64,000 nucleotides of DNA. It comes from an uncultured Eubacteriales bacterium. Its GTDB lineage: Bacteria; Bacillota; Clostridia; Lachnospirales; CAMVHY01. This document shows positions 36,053 through 45,659 of this stretch, piece by piece; within the stretch, counting starts at the first letter, position 1; each line of letters begins with the position of its first letter. Location of the stretch: contig CAOVHW010000001.1 in NCBI GenBank assembly GCA_948543815.1, positions 138,413 to 202,412 on the forward strand, written 5' to 3'. A program made the translations under genes and the position numbers. Below the pieces are notes generated by a model. It was given only the letters and a program-made list of their open reading frames with translations. It was not told where the DNA came from and did not search any database.

Positions 36053-36290
36053 AATAACCTGAAACATCAAAAGTTGTTGTGTCATTTTTGTAAAATGTAA
36101 TTGACTCAATCGCACTTAAATTTCCAACTGATGTTTCTATTGCATTTGCTGTTAAAATATTTCTTGCTGCCGTATTGATACGTGTAACGTTTTCTTGGAC
36201 GTCTGCTTTAAAGTCAAATGCATTTGGTATTGTTAAACTAAATAGTTCGTTATCAGTAGTTCTATAAACAATTTTGAAATAAGGATTCAT
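36051..36290 (-). CDS. DUF2922-like small protein
   Basis: 79 aa with its own SD AAAGGAGG. The pattern ...FSLTIPNA..D....NV...A.NIL..NA... resembles DUF2922. Confidence 0.55.
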   Translation of the reverse strand: MNPYFKIVYRTTDNELFSLTIPNAFDFKADVQENVTRINTAARNILTANAIETSVGNLSAIESITFYKNDTTTFDVSGY

Positions 36291-36302
36291 GTTAACCTCC
36301 TT

Positions 36303-36491
36303 TTACATTATAAATTCATATTTAACAGATTTAATAATTTCTGAAGGCGCAGAAACTTGATATGTCTTCATCATATCTGCAAAATTATATATTGTTTCAT
36401 CTGTCGCCGCATTATTTATATTACTATTTGAATAGGATTGGTCTTCAAATTTTAATGTAAGCTTCGTATCTACTAAATTTAATTCAGCCAT
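36303..36491 (-). CDS. DUF1659-like small protein
   Basis: 62 aa, SD AAGGAGG. LTLKFEDQSYSNSNINNAATDETIYNFADMM..YQ resembles DUF1659. Confidence 0.5.
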   Translation of the reverse strand: MAELNLVDTKLTLKFEDQSYSNSNINNAATDETIYNFADMMKTYQVSAPSEIIKSVKYEFIM

Positions 36492-36504
36492 TATTTAACC
36501 TCCT

Positions 36505-36729
36505 TTAATTTATAGTGACATCAATAATTTGAGGTTCGATATATTTTACATATTTTTTCGCAATAGGTTTAGTACCTGAAGACGTTAAAATTATATTAGA
36601 AGTAATAATAAAATCCATATCTTCAGCAAATTGGTCAATATCATAGTAAGCTTTTGCATTAGGGATTTTTACACTAAGATTTCTCCCAAGGTCATTCATA
36701 AAAACAAATTCATAGTAATTTTTATTCAT
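36505..36729 (-). CDS. DUF2922-like small protein
   Basis: 74 aa, SD AAAGGAGG. GRNLSVKIPNAK......FAEDMDFIITSNIILTSSG. Confidence 0.55.
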   Translation of the reverse strand: MNKNYYEFVFMNDLGRNLSVKIPNAKAYYDIDQFAEDMDFIITSNIILTSSGTKPIAKKYVKYIEPQIIDVTIN

Positions 36730-36743
36730 AACTAATCCTCCTT

Positions 36744-36947
36744 TTATACATTAGTTAATTGTGAGTCAACTATCTTATAAATTTTCTCAGCGCCATATTT
36801 TTGAACGGAAATAAATGCTTGAGCCGTAGCTAAAATATTATCGTTAGTAATACCGCTATTTTTCAAGTTAGAGAAAGTATAAGTTCCATTTTTATCAGTA
36901 TATTTTATTTGAAATTTTGTAGCTTTAATAGTACTAGAAACCGCCAT
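36744..36947 (-). CDS. DUF1659-like small protein
   Basis: 67 aa, SD AAGGAGG. FSNLKNSGITNDNILATAQAFISVQ...IYKIVDSQL. Confidence 0.55.
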   Translation of the reverse strand: MAVSSTIKATKFQIKYTDKNGTYTFSNLKNSGITNDNILATAQAFISVQKYGAEKIYKIVDSQLTNV

Positions 36948-37065
36948 AAAGATTCCTCCTTAAAAAATTATTTACATCCCGGAATGTTATTTTTATAATA
37001 CATGATAAATTTTGATAGTTATATATAAATTTTTAAAAAAATTTTTCATAAAATAGGTGATTATA

Positions 37066-37785
37066 ATGAAAACGACAGCTATTATAGCTGCCGGTGGAAT
37101 TGGTAAACGATTTAATTCAACTCTCCCTAAACAATTTATATTACTCGCCGGTAAACCAATTATTATTCATACTCTCGAAGTCTTTGAAAATTCTTCAGTA
37201 ATTGACGAAATAATTGTCGTTTGTGTCAAGGATTATTTGAATTATTGCCATGAACTAGTAAAAAAGTTTGGACTACAAAAAGTTAAAAAAATAATTGCTG
37301 GCGCTAATGAACGTCAATCCTCTATCTATAACGCTATTAAAAATATTGATGACGCCAATTTTATTTGCGTGCATGATGCCGCACGCCCGTTTGTAAAAAA
37401 TAATTTAATCACCGAAACAATTATTCAGTGCAAAAATAATGACGGCTGTATTTGTGCGTTAAATGCTCGCGACACAATTAAAGTTTGTAATGAATACGTT
37501 GAAAAAACTTTACCACGTGAAAAAATTTTTTTGGCGCAAACTCCTCAAACTTTTAAAGCTGAAATTTTGAAAATGGTTTATGAAAAAGCAATGATGGAAA
37601 ATTTTTTTGGCACTGATGATTCAAGTTTGTTAGAACATTATGGATATAAAATAAAAGTAATAGCGGGGAATACTGAAAATTTTAAAATAACCGAACCGTT
37701 CGATTTATTGCTTGCAGAAAGTTTGTTAACAAAATGTTCGATAAAAGGAGATAAAAATGAAAAATGGAATTCCGTTGGCAACTAG
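37066..37785 (+). CDS. ispD: 2-C-methyl-D-erythritol 4-phosphate cytidylyltransferase
   Basis: AIIAAGGIGKRF, VHDAARPF, AQTPQTF. AGGTGA SD before ATG 37066. Confidence 0.9.
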   Translation: MKTTAIIAAGGIGKRFNSTLPKQFILLAGKPIIIHTLEVFENSSVIDEIIVVCVKDYLNYCHELVKKFGLQKVKKIIAGANERQSSIYNAIKNIDDANFICVHDAARPFVKNNLITETIIQCKNNDGCICALNARDTIKVCNEYVEKTLPREKIFLAQTPQTFKAEILKMVYEKAMMENFFGTDDSSLLEHYGYKIKVIAGNTENFKITEPFDLLLAESLLTKCSIKGDKNEKWNSVGN

Positions 37786-39022
37786 ATTTCGGCCCGATAC
37801 TTTAGACAAATTTGTTGGACAGGAACATATTCTTGCGCCGGATAAAATTTTGTACAAAGCAATTCAAAAAGATAAATTAATGAATATGATTTTGTACGGG
37901 CCGCCCGGTACCGGTAAAACAACTTTGGCAATGATTATCGCTAAAAGTACGAAAAGTAATTTTGTAAAGCTAAATGCAACTTTCGCTGGTATAAAAGAAA
38001 TTCGTGCAGTCGTTGAGAATGTGATGGGCCGCACGATTTTGTTTATCGATGAGATTCATCGTTTCAATAAAAGTCAACAAGATGCACTTTTGCCTTATAC
38101 CGAAGATGGTACGTTGATTTTTATTGGCGCGACAACGGAAAATCCTTTTTTTGAAGTCAATAATGCTTTAATTTCGCGCTCGGTTATTTTTGAATTAAAA
38201 CCGTTGTCGAAGACAAATATTGTTACATTGCTGAAAAATGTTTTGAGCGATTGCGAGAATGGTTTAGGTAAATATGATTTGAATGTCGATAATGCGGCAA
38301 TAGAATTTTTGGCGGAAATTAGTAATGGCGATGCACGAATTGCGTTAAATTATCTTGAACTTTGTGTGATTGCCGCACCTATTGAACAAGATGGAAAGTT
38401 GAAAATAAATTCAGATATTGTCGAAAAAACTTTACAACGTAAAAATATTAGCTATGATAAATCGGGCGATAACCATTATGATGTTATTTCGGCGTTTATA
38501 AAAAGTATGCGAGGTTCTGCCCCTGATGCGGCCGTTCATTATTTGGCGAGAATGATAGAAGCAGGCGAAGACCCGGTTTTTATCGCGCGACGTATTGTAA
38601 TTTGTGCGGCGGAGGATGTTGGAAACGCTGACCCACACGCTTTACAAATTGCAATGGCGGCGGCAAATGCTGTAAAGTTTATTGGATTTCCTGAAGCGCG
38701 TATAATTTTAGCACAGGCTGTGATTTATATTTCTTGCGCGCCAAAAAGCAATGCTTCATATCTTGCGATTGATAAAGCATTGCATGATGTACGAGTAAAA
38801 AATATTGGACACGTTCCAAATCATTTGCAAGATAATCATTACAAAGGTGCGGAAAAATTGTCAAGAGGATTGGACTATAAATATGTTCACGATTTTGAAA
38901 ATCATTATGTGAAGCAGCAATATTTGCCAAATGAATTAGTCGGGACGATTTATTATGAGCCGAGTGAAAACGGCGTGGAAAGAAAAATTAAACAGCGTTT
39001 AGAAAATTTGCGTGCGAATTAA
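37757..39022 (+). CDS. rarA: Replication-associated recombination protein A (MgsA/RarA AAA+ ATPase)
   Basis: LATRFRPDTLDKFVGQEHIL, GPPGTGKTTLA, LFIDEIHRFNKSQQDALLP, GATTENP, GDARIALN. Confidence 0.93.
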   Translation: MKNGIPLATRFRPDTLDKFVGQEHILAPDKILYKAIQKDKLMNMILYGPPGTGKTTLAMIIAKSTKSNFVKLNATFAGIKEIRAVVENVMGRTILFIDEIHRFNKSQQDALLPYTEDGTLIFIGATTENPFFEVNNALISRSVIFELKPLSKTNIVTLLKNVLSDCENGLGKYDLNVDNAAIEFLAEISNGDARIALNYLELCVIAAPIEQDGKLKINSDIVEKTLQRKNISYDKSGDNHYDVISAFIKSMRGSAPDAAVHYLARMIEAGEDPVFIARRIVICAAEDVGNADPHALQIAMAAANAVKFIGFPEARIILAQAVIYISCAPKSNASYLAIDKALHDVRVKNIGHVPNHLQDNHYKGAEKLSRGLDYKYVHDFENHYVKQQYLPNELVGTIYYEPSENGVERKIKQRLENLRAN

Positions 39023-39594
39023 TTTTTTGCGAACATGTTGTAAAGCGTAAGAAATTGTTGACGTTTTTGTGGCGAAACTTTTTTAAGCAGTGCATTTATC
39101 ATTGCAGTTTTTTGCTCATTACTGATATTTATTTTTTTATTGTAATCCATCATAATATTTATGGCGTCCATCGGTGATTTTTGGTCGATATCGCGCATAA
39201 AATTTTCGATTAAATTTTTATCTTTATCGCTTAAATTGCTGAAAGCCGGGTCATTAAAAATATCGTGCATATTGGTGTCATTCCCTTCATTTTTTTTGCT
39301 GACAATGTTTATTGCTTGATTAATCGTGCCAAAAATTTCGTCATTCATATAAATCTTCATGACATTTATGATTGCACTTTCGATATCAAATTTATTTGGC
39401 GCATTCTCTTTTTTTGCATAAAGTTCATTTAACATTTGGATTTCAAAAATTTTTATCATGATGGCAATTTTTTTTTGATATTTAGAATCGATGTAAGGAA
39501 CGATAGCTTTGATAGTTTTAAGTGCGGGCGTATTTATTTCGTCGTCGAAATATTTGACAGTTTTATCGTTCATGATGTGAATTATTTTTTCCAT
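39019..39594 (-). CDS. Hypothetical protein (191 aa), last gene of the ddl-murI transcription unit
   Basis: ORF with SD GAGAGG before ATG 39594. Soluble, N/K/I-rich. No motif I recognise. Confidence 0.55.
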   Translation of the reverse strand: MEKIIHIMNDKTVKYFDDEINTPALKTIKAIVPYIDSKYQKKIAIMIKIFEIQMLNELYAKKENAPNKFDIESAIINVMKIYMNDEIFGTINQAINIVSKKNEGNDTNMHDIFNDPAFSNLSDKDKNLIENFMRDIDQKSPMDAINIMMDYNKKINISNEQKTAMINALLKKVSPQKRQQFLTLYNMFAKN

Positions 39595-39658
39595 AAAAAA
39601 ACCTCTCACATTTTATATATATAAAATATGAGAGAGTTTTCAGTTTGATTCATGAAAG

Positions 39659-40456
39659 TCAAAAATTTTTTTGTTTAAAGTTTTGAGGCGGATAATTTTT
39701 TTTCAATATTTTATTACACATATGCCGAAATTTTTTAGGATTATCACTCGTATAAAAAATTATGTTGGGATTATTTTTGTGACGAAAAATTTTGTGATTC
39801 ATCAAATATTTTTGAACTTTAATTGCAGTAAATTTTGCCGGGTCAATTATTTTTACCGTCGGCAAGATTTTTTTTATGTTATTCATAAACAATGGATAAT
39901 GTGTGCAAGAAAGAATCAGCGTGTCTATTTGCGTTTTTTTGAATTCGTTGAGATAAGTCTTTGCGGCTTCATACGAAATTTTGTTATTAGTCCAATCTTC
40001 TTCGGCAAGCGGAACAAACAATGGACACGCTTTAGTAAAAACTTTGACATTATTATTTTTCTTTGCGATAAATTTTTCGCAAGCATGATTTTGTAATGTA
40101 GCTTCTGTTCCGATTATACCGATAAATTTATTTTGAGTTGCTTTAATTCCAGCGTTAAGACCATTAGTCAAAACTTCAATGATTGGCGTATCAAATTCTT
40201 TTTGCAATTCGTAAAAACAATTTGAACTGACAGTGTTGCATGCGATTACAATTAATTTTACATTTTGTGCAATAAGAAATTTTACAATTTGGCGGCTGAG
40301 ATTTAAAAGTTTTTGTTTGGATTTATTTCCGTATGGTGTGTTTGCAGTGTCGGCGCAATAAATTATGTTTTCGTTTGGCAAAATTCTCATTATTTCTTTT
40401 AAAACTGTGAGGCCGCCAATTCCCGAGTCAAATATTCCTATTGCTCTATCTTCCAT
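39659..40456 (-). CDS. murI: Glutamate racemase
   Basis: IGIFDSGIGGLTV, VIACNTVS and LSCTHYP catalytic Cys motifs. Confidence 0.93.
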   Translation of the reverse strand: MEDRAIGIFDSGIGGLTVLKEIMRILPNENIIYCADTANTPYGNKSKQKLLNLSRQIVKFLIAQNVKLIVIACNTVSSNCFYELQKEFDTPIIEVLTNGLNAGIKATQNKFIGIIGTEATLQNHACEKFIAKKNNNVKVFTKACPLFVPLAEEDWTNNKISYEAAKTYLNEFKKTQIDTLILSCTHYPLFMNNIKKILPTVKIIDPAKFTAIKVQKYLMNHKIFRHKNNPNIIFYTSDNPKKFRHMCNKILKKNYPPQNFKQKNF

Positions 40457-41538
40457 ATTTTTTGTTCACGCCCTACACCTTTTTTCATGGCTAAATCAAT
40501 TAATTTGTCAAGCAAAACTTCCATGCCAATGCCTTCGTTTTCCCACAGTTTTGGATACATACTTATCGAAGTGAAGCCGGGCATTGTATTTATTTCGCTG
40601 AAGTAAACAGTTTTGTCATCGACTAAGAAATCTACGCGTGCTAATCCACTTCCATCAACTGCTTTAAAAATTCGTGCGGAGTAATCACGAATTTGTTCGA
40701 CAACTTCTTTTGGTAAATCGGCCGGAATTACAGTGTAAGAAGATTTGTCAACATATTTTGCATCGTAAGTATAAAATTCTTGTTCAAATTTTAATTCGCC
40801 GACGCCAGAAACATTTATTTCGCCATCGATAGCATTGCCTAAAACTGCGCACTCAAATTCGCGGCCAACAATAGTTTTTTCAACGATAACTTTTTTGTCA
40901 TAGTGAAAAGCGAGTTCGATTCCATTTAACAATTCATTTTTTTTTGTGGCTTTTGACATACCAATTGATGAGCCGCTATTACATGGTTTGATGAAACAAT
41001 TATATCCGATTTTTTTACGAATATTTTTCAAAATTTCTTCACTATTATTTTTAAATTCACATTCACTGAAAGCAATGTAATCTGTTTGATTAAGGCCGGC
41101 AGATGCGGCTATGATACGCATAAAACTTTTGTCCATGCTTACAGCGGAACTAAGGACGCCGCAGCCGACATAAGGTATTCCGGAAATTTCAAATAAGCCT
41201 TGAATTTTTCCGTCTTCACCATATGGGCCATGAAAGACGGGGAAAATTATATCGATACAAATTAATTTAGCCTTATCTTTTACGATACGGAATAAACCTT
41301 TTTGTGAACGATTTACACTTAATGAGACATTCGCACCGATTTTTTCCCATTTCCAATCATTTAAATCACTCGTATAATTATCATACATAATCCACGAGCC
41401 TTCTTTATTGATATAAATAGGGATAATATTATATTTTTCTGTAGATAATTTACTGATAATATTATTAGCGGAAGTTCGTGATATCATATGTTCAGGGGAA
41501 TCACCGCCATAAATTACGGCTACATTTAATTTTTTCAT
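40438..41538 (-). CDS. ddl: D-alanine--D-alanine ligase
   Basis: VIYGGDSPEH, FPVFHGPYGEDGKIQG, KPCNSGSSIG, FSEINTMPGFT. Confidence 0.94.
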   Translation of the reverse strand: MKKLNVAVIYGGDSPEHMISRTSANNIISKLSTEKYNIIPIYINKEGSWIMYDNYTSDLNDWKWEKIGANVSLSVNRSQKGLFRIVKDKAKLICIDIIFPVFHGPYGEDGKIQGLFEISGIPYVGCGVLSSAVSMDKSFMRIIAASAGLNQTDYIAFSECEFKNNSEEILKNIRKKIGYNCFIKPCNSGSSIGMSKATKKNELLNGIELAFHYDKKVIVEKTIVGREFECAVLGNAIDGEINVSGVGELKFEQEFYTYDAKYVDKSSYTVIPADLPKEVVEQIRDYSARIFKAVDGSGLARVDFLVDDKTVYFSEINTMPGFTSISMYPKLWENEGIGMEVLLDKLIDLAMKKGVGREQKIWKIEQ

Positions 41539-41699
41539 TGATAGCTACCTCCACAAATTTTGTTCTCAGTATAGCATTATGCAAAATATGAATTCAAGAT
41601 TACAACTATAAAAAAAATCTTGCAGAAAATATTTCATTCGTGATATAATTTTATTTGTGTGCAAAAAAATTGTGTGTGAAAAAAATTAGGAGGATTATA

Positions 41700-42053
41700 A
41701 TGCAAGCAATAATAAAACAAATTGAGAGTGAGCAGTTAAAACCAAATATCAAAACTTTTAACGTTGGTGATACTGTAAAAGTTCACGCAAAAATTATTGA
41801 GGGTACGAAAGAACGTATCCAAGTTTTTGAGGGAACCGTTATCCGTTTCCAAAATGGTGGCTTGAACGAAGTCTTTACCGTTCGTAAAATCTCTTCAGGT
41901 ATTGGCGTTGAAAAAACTTGGCCGCTTCATTCTCCTAAAATTGTTAAAATTGATGTCGTACGTCGTGGAATAGTTCGCCGTGCAAAACTTTTTTACTTAC
42001 GCAATCGTGTTGGTAAAGCTGCAAAAGTTAAAGAAGCTATTAATAAAAAATAA
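41700..42053 (+). CDS. rplS: 50S ribosomal protein L19
   Basis: [46 protein letters not shown] before ATG 41700. Confidence 0.96.
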   Translation: MQAIIKQIESEQLKPNIKTFNVGDTVKVHAKIIEGTKERIQVFEGTVIRFQNGGLNEVFTVRKISSGIGVEKTWPLHSPKIVKIDVVRRGIVRRAKLFYLRNRVGKAAKVKEAINKK

Positions 42054-42075
42054 AAAAAGACTTTAAAAAACAAAA

Positions 42076-42195
42076 TCGTTCTTTTTTTATAAAAAAAGAA
42101 CCAAAAAAATTTTATAAAAAAATCTTTGCGTATTGTACGCAAAGATTTTTTTTGTTAAAGTTCTTTTGGTTACTTTTCTTTCAAGAAAAGTAAGG
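42076..42195. repeat. Composite three-hairpin intergenic element, copy E (order H1-H2-H3)
   Basis: H1 GTTCTTTTTTTATAAAAAAAGAAC 42078-42101. H2 ATCTTTGCGTA-TTG-TACGCAAAGAT 42122-42146. Linker TTGTTAAAGTTCTT. H3 TTACTTTTCTTTCAAGAAAAGTAA 42170-42193. Confidence 0.85.
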
Positions 42196-42197
42196 TT

Positions 42198-43151
42198 TTA
42201 ACTTAATATATGAACTTTTATTTGGCGGCGTCCAAATTTTTTTGCATCATACAAACTTTCATAAAACAAATCAATTTTATTTCCTTTAATTGCGCCGCCG
42301 GTATCGAGTGCTGTCGCATAGCCATAACCTTCGATGAATAATTTACTGCCGAGTGGAATAACTTTTGGGTCAACAGCAACGACACCACGCCGAGCTTTTG
42401 CACCGGTTGCTGTTATGCCGTAACCTTTATCGCCGGGTCTTTTGCCAGTACTTTCGAAACCGGCGGTATATGCACTGGCGTTCATTATCAAAACATTTTT
42501 ACAAGTTCCTCTAGTAATTATTTTTTCGATTGGCTTTTTTATTATTGTTTCATTTTTAGTACGTGAAATTTCATCGTTACCGCTAAAAATTATTTCTTCT
42601 GTAATTAATTTTTCACCGTTGATACCATTTTGTACAATTTGTTCAACATTTTCCAATAATTTATCGGAATAAATAATTTTAGTTTCGAACGGAATTATTT
42701 CAGTTTTTTCAATTAATTCGGTACGCTGTGAATAAAATTTTAATTCGTGGCAATTTCGTAATTTAAAATCATTATTTTGTGCGCATGTAAATTCTTTATC
42801 AAATTCTTTTTGCAAAACTTTTAGGAAATCGCTGACGGTATCATTAAACTTGACATTAAAAATTTTTTCTTTATCGTCAACGAGAACTTTTAAGATAAAA
42901 GGGCGTTCGATTTCGATATTCATTCCATTGAAGATTTGGTCATTCATTTTTTTATTTACGAAATCATTTTTAGAGATGAAAATATTATTTTGCGTAAAGA
43001 ATTCTTTAACGGTTTCGGAGTCAGTTGAAAAATTTGTAATAATTCCGTTATCGATGACAGAGATATTTTTATAGTTCAAAGCTTCGGCTTTACTGCTGAA
43101 TAAAAAGATGAGAAGTAGCATGCAAAATAGCAAAAAAAATTTTTTAAACAT
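42198..43151 (-). CDS. Secreted DUF348-G5-3D domain protein (YabE-like cell-wall-binding/lytic-transglycosylase-like)
   Basis: Signal peptide. G5-like segment (IIPFETKIIYSDKL...GINGEK...). C-terminal 3D domain (VAVDPKVIPLGSKLFIEGYGYATALDTGGAIKGNKIDLF). Confidence 0.8.
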   Translation of the reverse strand: MFKKFFLLFCMLLLIFLFSSKAEALNYKNISVIDNGIITNFSTDSETVKEFFTQNNIFISKNDFVNKKMNDQIFNGMNIEIERPFILKVLVDDKEKIFNVKFNDTVSDFLKVLQKEFDKEFTCAQNNDFKLRNCHELKFYSQRTELIEKTEIIPFETKIIYSDKLLENVEQIVQNGINGEKLITEEIIFSGNDEISRTKNETIIKKPIEKIITRGTCKNVLIMNASAYTAGFESTGKRPGDKGYGITATGAKARRGVVAVDPKVIPLGSKLFIEGYGYATALDTGGAIKGNKIDLFYESLYDAKKFGRRQIKVHILS

Positions 43152-43292
43152 AAATTACACTCCTTAGCATTTTTACTTATATTATATTAACATTTGCTTA
43201 ATAATTATGCAATATATTTATAAAATGTTACACAATTGTTTTTTGCTTTTGGCGCAAAATATTTTACAACGATAAATTTAAGGAGGATATAG

Positions 43293-44042
43293 GTGAAAAT
43301 TCTATTGACAATTTCTTATGATGGAACAAATTATTTTGGATGGCAGCGTCAAAAAAATGTAATAACTGTGCAACAAATTGTCGAAGAAAAAATTTCATTG
43401 CTACTAAAAAAAAATATAAAAATAATCGGTGCCAGTCGCACCGATTCAAAAGTTCATGCACTTGCTCAAAAAGCAATGTTCAATATCGATTATTGCAATA
43501 TACTGCCAGAAAAATTTCCGCTCGCAATAAATAATTTTTTGCCAAACGATATTGTCATAACTGATGCAAAAATTGTTGATGAAAATTTTCATGCGCGCTA
43601 CGATGTGTCAAAAAAAATTTACCAATATAAAATTTTGAATACGCAATTTCCAATTCCGCAATATAGAAATTATTGTTGGCATGTGAAAAATAAATTGGAC
43701 AAACAAAATATGATTGACGCAACAAAAATTTTTATTGGAACGCAAGATTTTGCAAGTTTTTGTGCTAGTGGTTCATCTGTAAAATCTACGATAAGAACTA
43801 TTTATGATTTTTTTATCACGTTCGATAAAAATTTTATTACGTTTGAAATTACTGCTGATGGATTTTTGTACAATATGGTACGAATAATTGTTGCAACAAT
43901 TGTCGATGTTGGAATCGGTAAAATAAATTTGGCAGACATAAAAAAAATAATTGATGACAAAAAAAGAAATCCTAAATGCAAAACGGCGCCGCCTCAAGGT
44001 TTGACATTGATGAATATAATTTATAAAGGAGAAATCAAATGA
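43293..44042 (+). CDS. truA: tRNA pseudouridine(38-40) synthase TruA
   Basis: SYDGTNYFGWQRQ, GASRTDSKVHA, FLYNMVR. AAGGAGG SD before GTG 43293. Confidence 0.93.
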   Translation: MKILLTISYDGTNYFGWQRQKNVITVQQIVEEKISLLLKKNIKIIGASRTDSKVHALAQKAMFNIDYCNILPEKFPLAINNFLPNDIVITDAKIVDENFHARYDVSKKIYQYKILNTQFPIPQYRNYCWHVKNKLDKQNMIDATKIFIGTQDFASFCASGSSVKSTIRTIYDFFITFDKNFITFEITADGFLYNMVRIIVATIVDVGIGKINLADIKKIIDDKKRNPKCKTAPPQGLTLMNIIYKGEIK

Positions 44043-44257
44043 ATAAATTTAAAATTTTAGCTCGAATATGTATGGCAATTGCTATTATTTTATCTGACGT
44101 AATGTGCGCAGTAGTTAGTTATTATTATTGTGCATTAAAATTGTGTGTGGAATGCAGTGCTCCGCCGAGCATTGCATTTTTATATGCAATTCCATTTTTA
44201 TTTGGAATAATAATTTTTTTTATTTTGTCACGAATATTTTATAGAAAATCAAATTAA
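44039..44257 (+). CDS. Small hydrophobic protein (72 aa, two predicted TM helices), unknown function
   Basis: The start overlaps the truA stop (ATGA). Cys-rich hydrophobic sequence. Confidence 0.45.
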   Translation: MNKFKILARICMAIAIILSDVMCAVVSYYYCALKLCVECSAPPSIAFLYAIPFLFGIIIFFILSRIFYRKSN

Positions 44258-44265
44258 AATTTGTA

Positions 44266-44294
44266 CAAAAAAACGGTGGAACAAAGTTCCACCG
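44266..44294. terminator. Hairpin terminator (ends the minus-strand tRNA cluster; possibly bidirectional)
   Basis: CGGTGGAAC-AAA-GTTCCACCG. The T-run is on the minus strand (A-run 44266-44273). Confidence 0.7.
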
Positions 44295-44341
44295 AAAATA
44301 TATTTTAGGAGAAAATGGAAAATGAAACAACAAATGTCATA

Positions 44342-44415
<74 letters not shown>

Positions 44416-44429
44416 AAAATAAAAAAAAG

Positions 44430-44502
44430 TGGGTGTAATAGGGCTCGAACCTATGACCCTCTGCTTGTAAGGCAGATGCTCTCCCAGCTGAGCTATACAC
44501 CC
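44430..44502 (-). tRNA. tRNA-Val (anticodon TAC)
   Basis: GGGTGTA/TA/GCTC-AGCTGGGA-GAGC/A/TCTGC-CTTACAA-GCAGA/GGGTC/ATAGG-TTCGAGC-CCTAT/TACACCC/A. No encoded CCA. Confidence 0.9.
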
Positions 44503-44505
44503 TAA

Positions 44506-44582
44506 TGGCGACTCAAAAGGGACTTGAACCCTCGACCTCTGGCGTGACAGGCCAGCGCTCTAACCAACTGAGCTATTGAGCC
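44506..44582 (-). tRNA. tRNA-Asp (anticodon GTC), CCA encoded
   Basis: GGCTCAA/TA/GCTC-AGTTGGTTA-GAGC/G/CTGGC-CTGTCAC-GCCAG/AGGTC/GAGGG-TTCAAGT-CCCTT/TTGAGTC/G/CCA. Confidence 0.9.
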
Positions 44583-44635
44583 AACTTTTTTATTTTAGCA
44601 CGTAAAAAAAAATCTGTCAAGTACAAATCAAAAAT

Positions 44636-45148
44636 TTATTTAACGGTAAATAATTTTTCAGCAATTAAATCGAGTGAGAGGTTATTGCAATTTAAAACGT
44701 AGTCACAGCAATTCAAATAAATTTGATAACGTTTTTGGTACAAGAATTTTATATTTGACAAATTTTTTTTAACTAATGGACGTACGTAGTCTAAATTTTT
44801 ATAAATTTGATTTGGCCGGGAAAATAAATATATGACACGGCCAAGATTTTTTATCAGTGGCAAATTTTTTTTGAAAGTAACACAACCGCCGCCCAATGCA
44901 ATTATAAATTTTTGATTGGCGGCAATTTTTTTAATGACATTGTGTTCGCACTGCCGAAAATATTTTTCACCGTATTCATTAAAAATAGCGGGAATATTTT
45001 TGTTGGCGGCCTTTTCAATTTCGTCATCAGTATCAATTAAATTGTAGGAAAATTTTTGAGCAAAAATTTTTGCGACAGATGATTTACCACTACCGGGCAT
45101 TCCGATTAATAAAATATTTTTCACGGCTATCACCTTTTTATTTGACAA
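44636..45148 (-). CDS. aroK: Shikimate kinase
   Basis: LIGMPGSGKSSVAK P-loop, IDTDDEIE, ALGGG. Confidence 0.88.
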   Translation of the reverse strand: MSNKKVIAVKNILLIGMPGSGKSSVAKIFAQKFSYNLIDTDDEIEKAANKNIPAIFNEYGEKYFRQCEHNVIKKIAANQKFIIALGGGCVTFKKNLPLIKNLGRVIYLFSRPNQIYKNLDYVRPLVKKNLSNIKFLYQKRYQIYLNCCDYVLNCNNLSLDLIAEKLFTVK

Positions 45149-45200
45149 ATTATCTAATTAAGTTTAAAATTTTTTCAAAAAAAATTTTTGGAGAATAAAT

Positions 45201-45659
45201 ATGAATATATTAGTAGATGCAGATGAAGTTTCAGATTTTAAGTACAAAAAAATTATTTGTGACGTTATAGATATGGCGTTGAAAATTGAAAATATTTCTG
45301 CGGAACCACAAGTAAGTGTTTTAATTGTGCATGACGAAAAAATGCGACAGTTGAATAAAAAATTTCGTGGCATCGATAAAACTACGGATGTATTATCTTT
45401 TCCCATCATTGATTTTAACACGTGCGATAAAAATATTTTGACACAGGAAAATATTTTGCTCGGCGACATTGTTATTTGTATTGACAAAGTTTTTTCACAA
45501 GCTACTGAATATATGCACAGCGTGGAACGTGAGATTGGATTTTTAACGGCGCATGGAATTTTACATTTGCTTGGTTACGACCATATTTCGCCGGAAGACG
45601 AAAAAATTATGTTTGCAAAGCAAGATTTAATTTTAGAAAAGGTTGGACTTGAGCGATGA
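45201..45659 (+). CDS. ybeY: Endoribonuclease YbeY (16S rRNA maturation)
   Basis: TDVLSFP and the zinc motif HGILHLLGYDH. Confidence 0.93.
   Translation: MNILVDADEVSDFKYKKIICDVIDMALKIENISAEPQVSVLIVHDEKMRQLNKKFRGIDKTTDVLSFPIIDFNTCDKNILTQENILLGDIVICIDKVFSQATEYMHSVEREIGFLTAHGILHLLGYDHISPEDEKIMFAKQDLILEKVGLER

Noticed and set aside
39671-40096. 141-aa plus-strand ORF inside murI
   Set aside because: Antisense to glutamate racemase, which has both catalytic Cys motifs. F/I/R-rich nonsense composition.
41560-41699. Ribosomal protein L19 leader RNA upstream of rplS
   Set aside because: A promoter-like TTGCAG...TATAAT and a ~60-nt leader exist. I could not fold or recognise the known L19-leader structure by eye, so the evidence is insufficient.
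45164-45487. 107-aa minus-strand ORF opposite ybeY
   Set aside because: Antisense to ybeY (HGILHLLGYDH present on the + strand), with no RBS.
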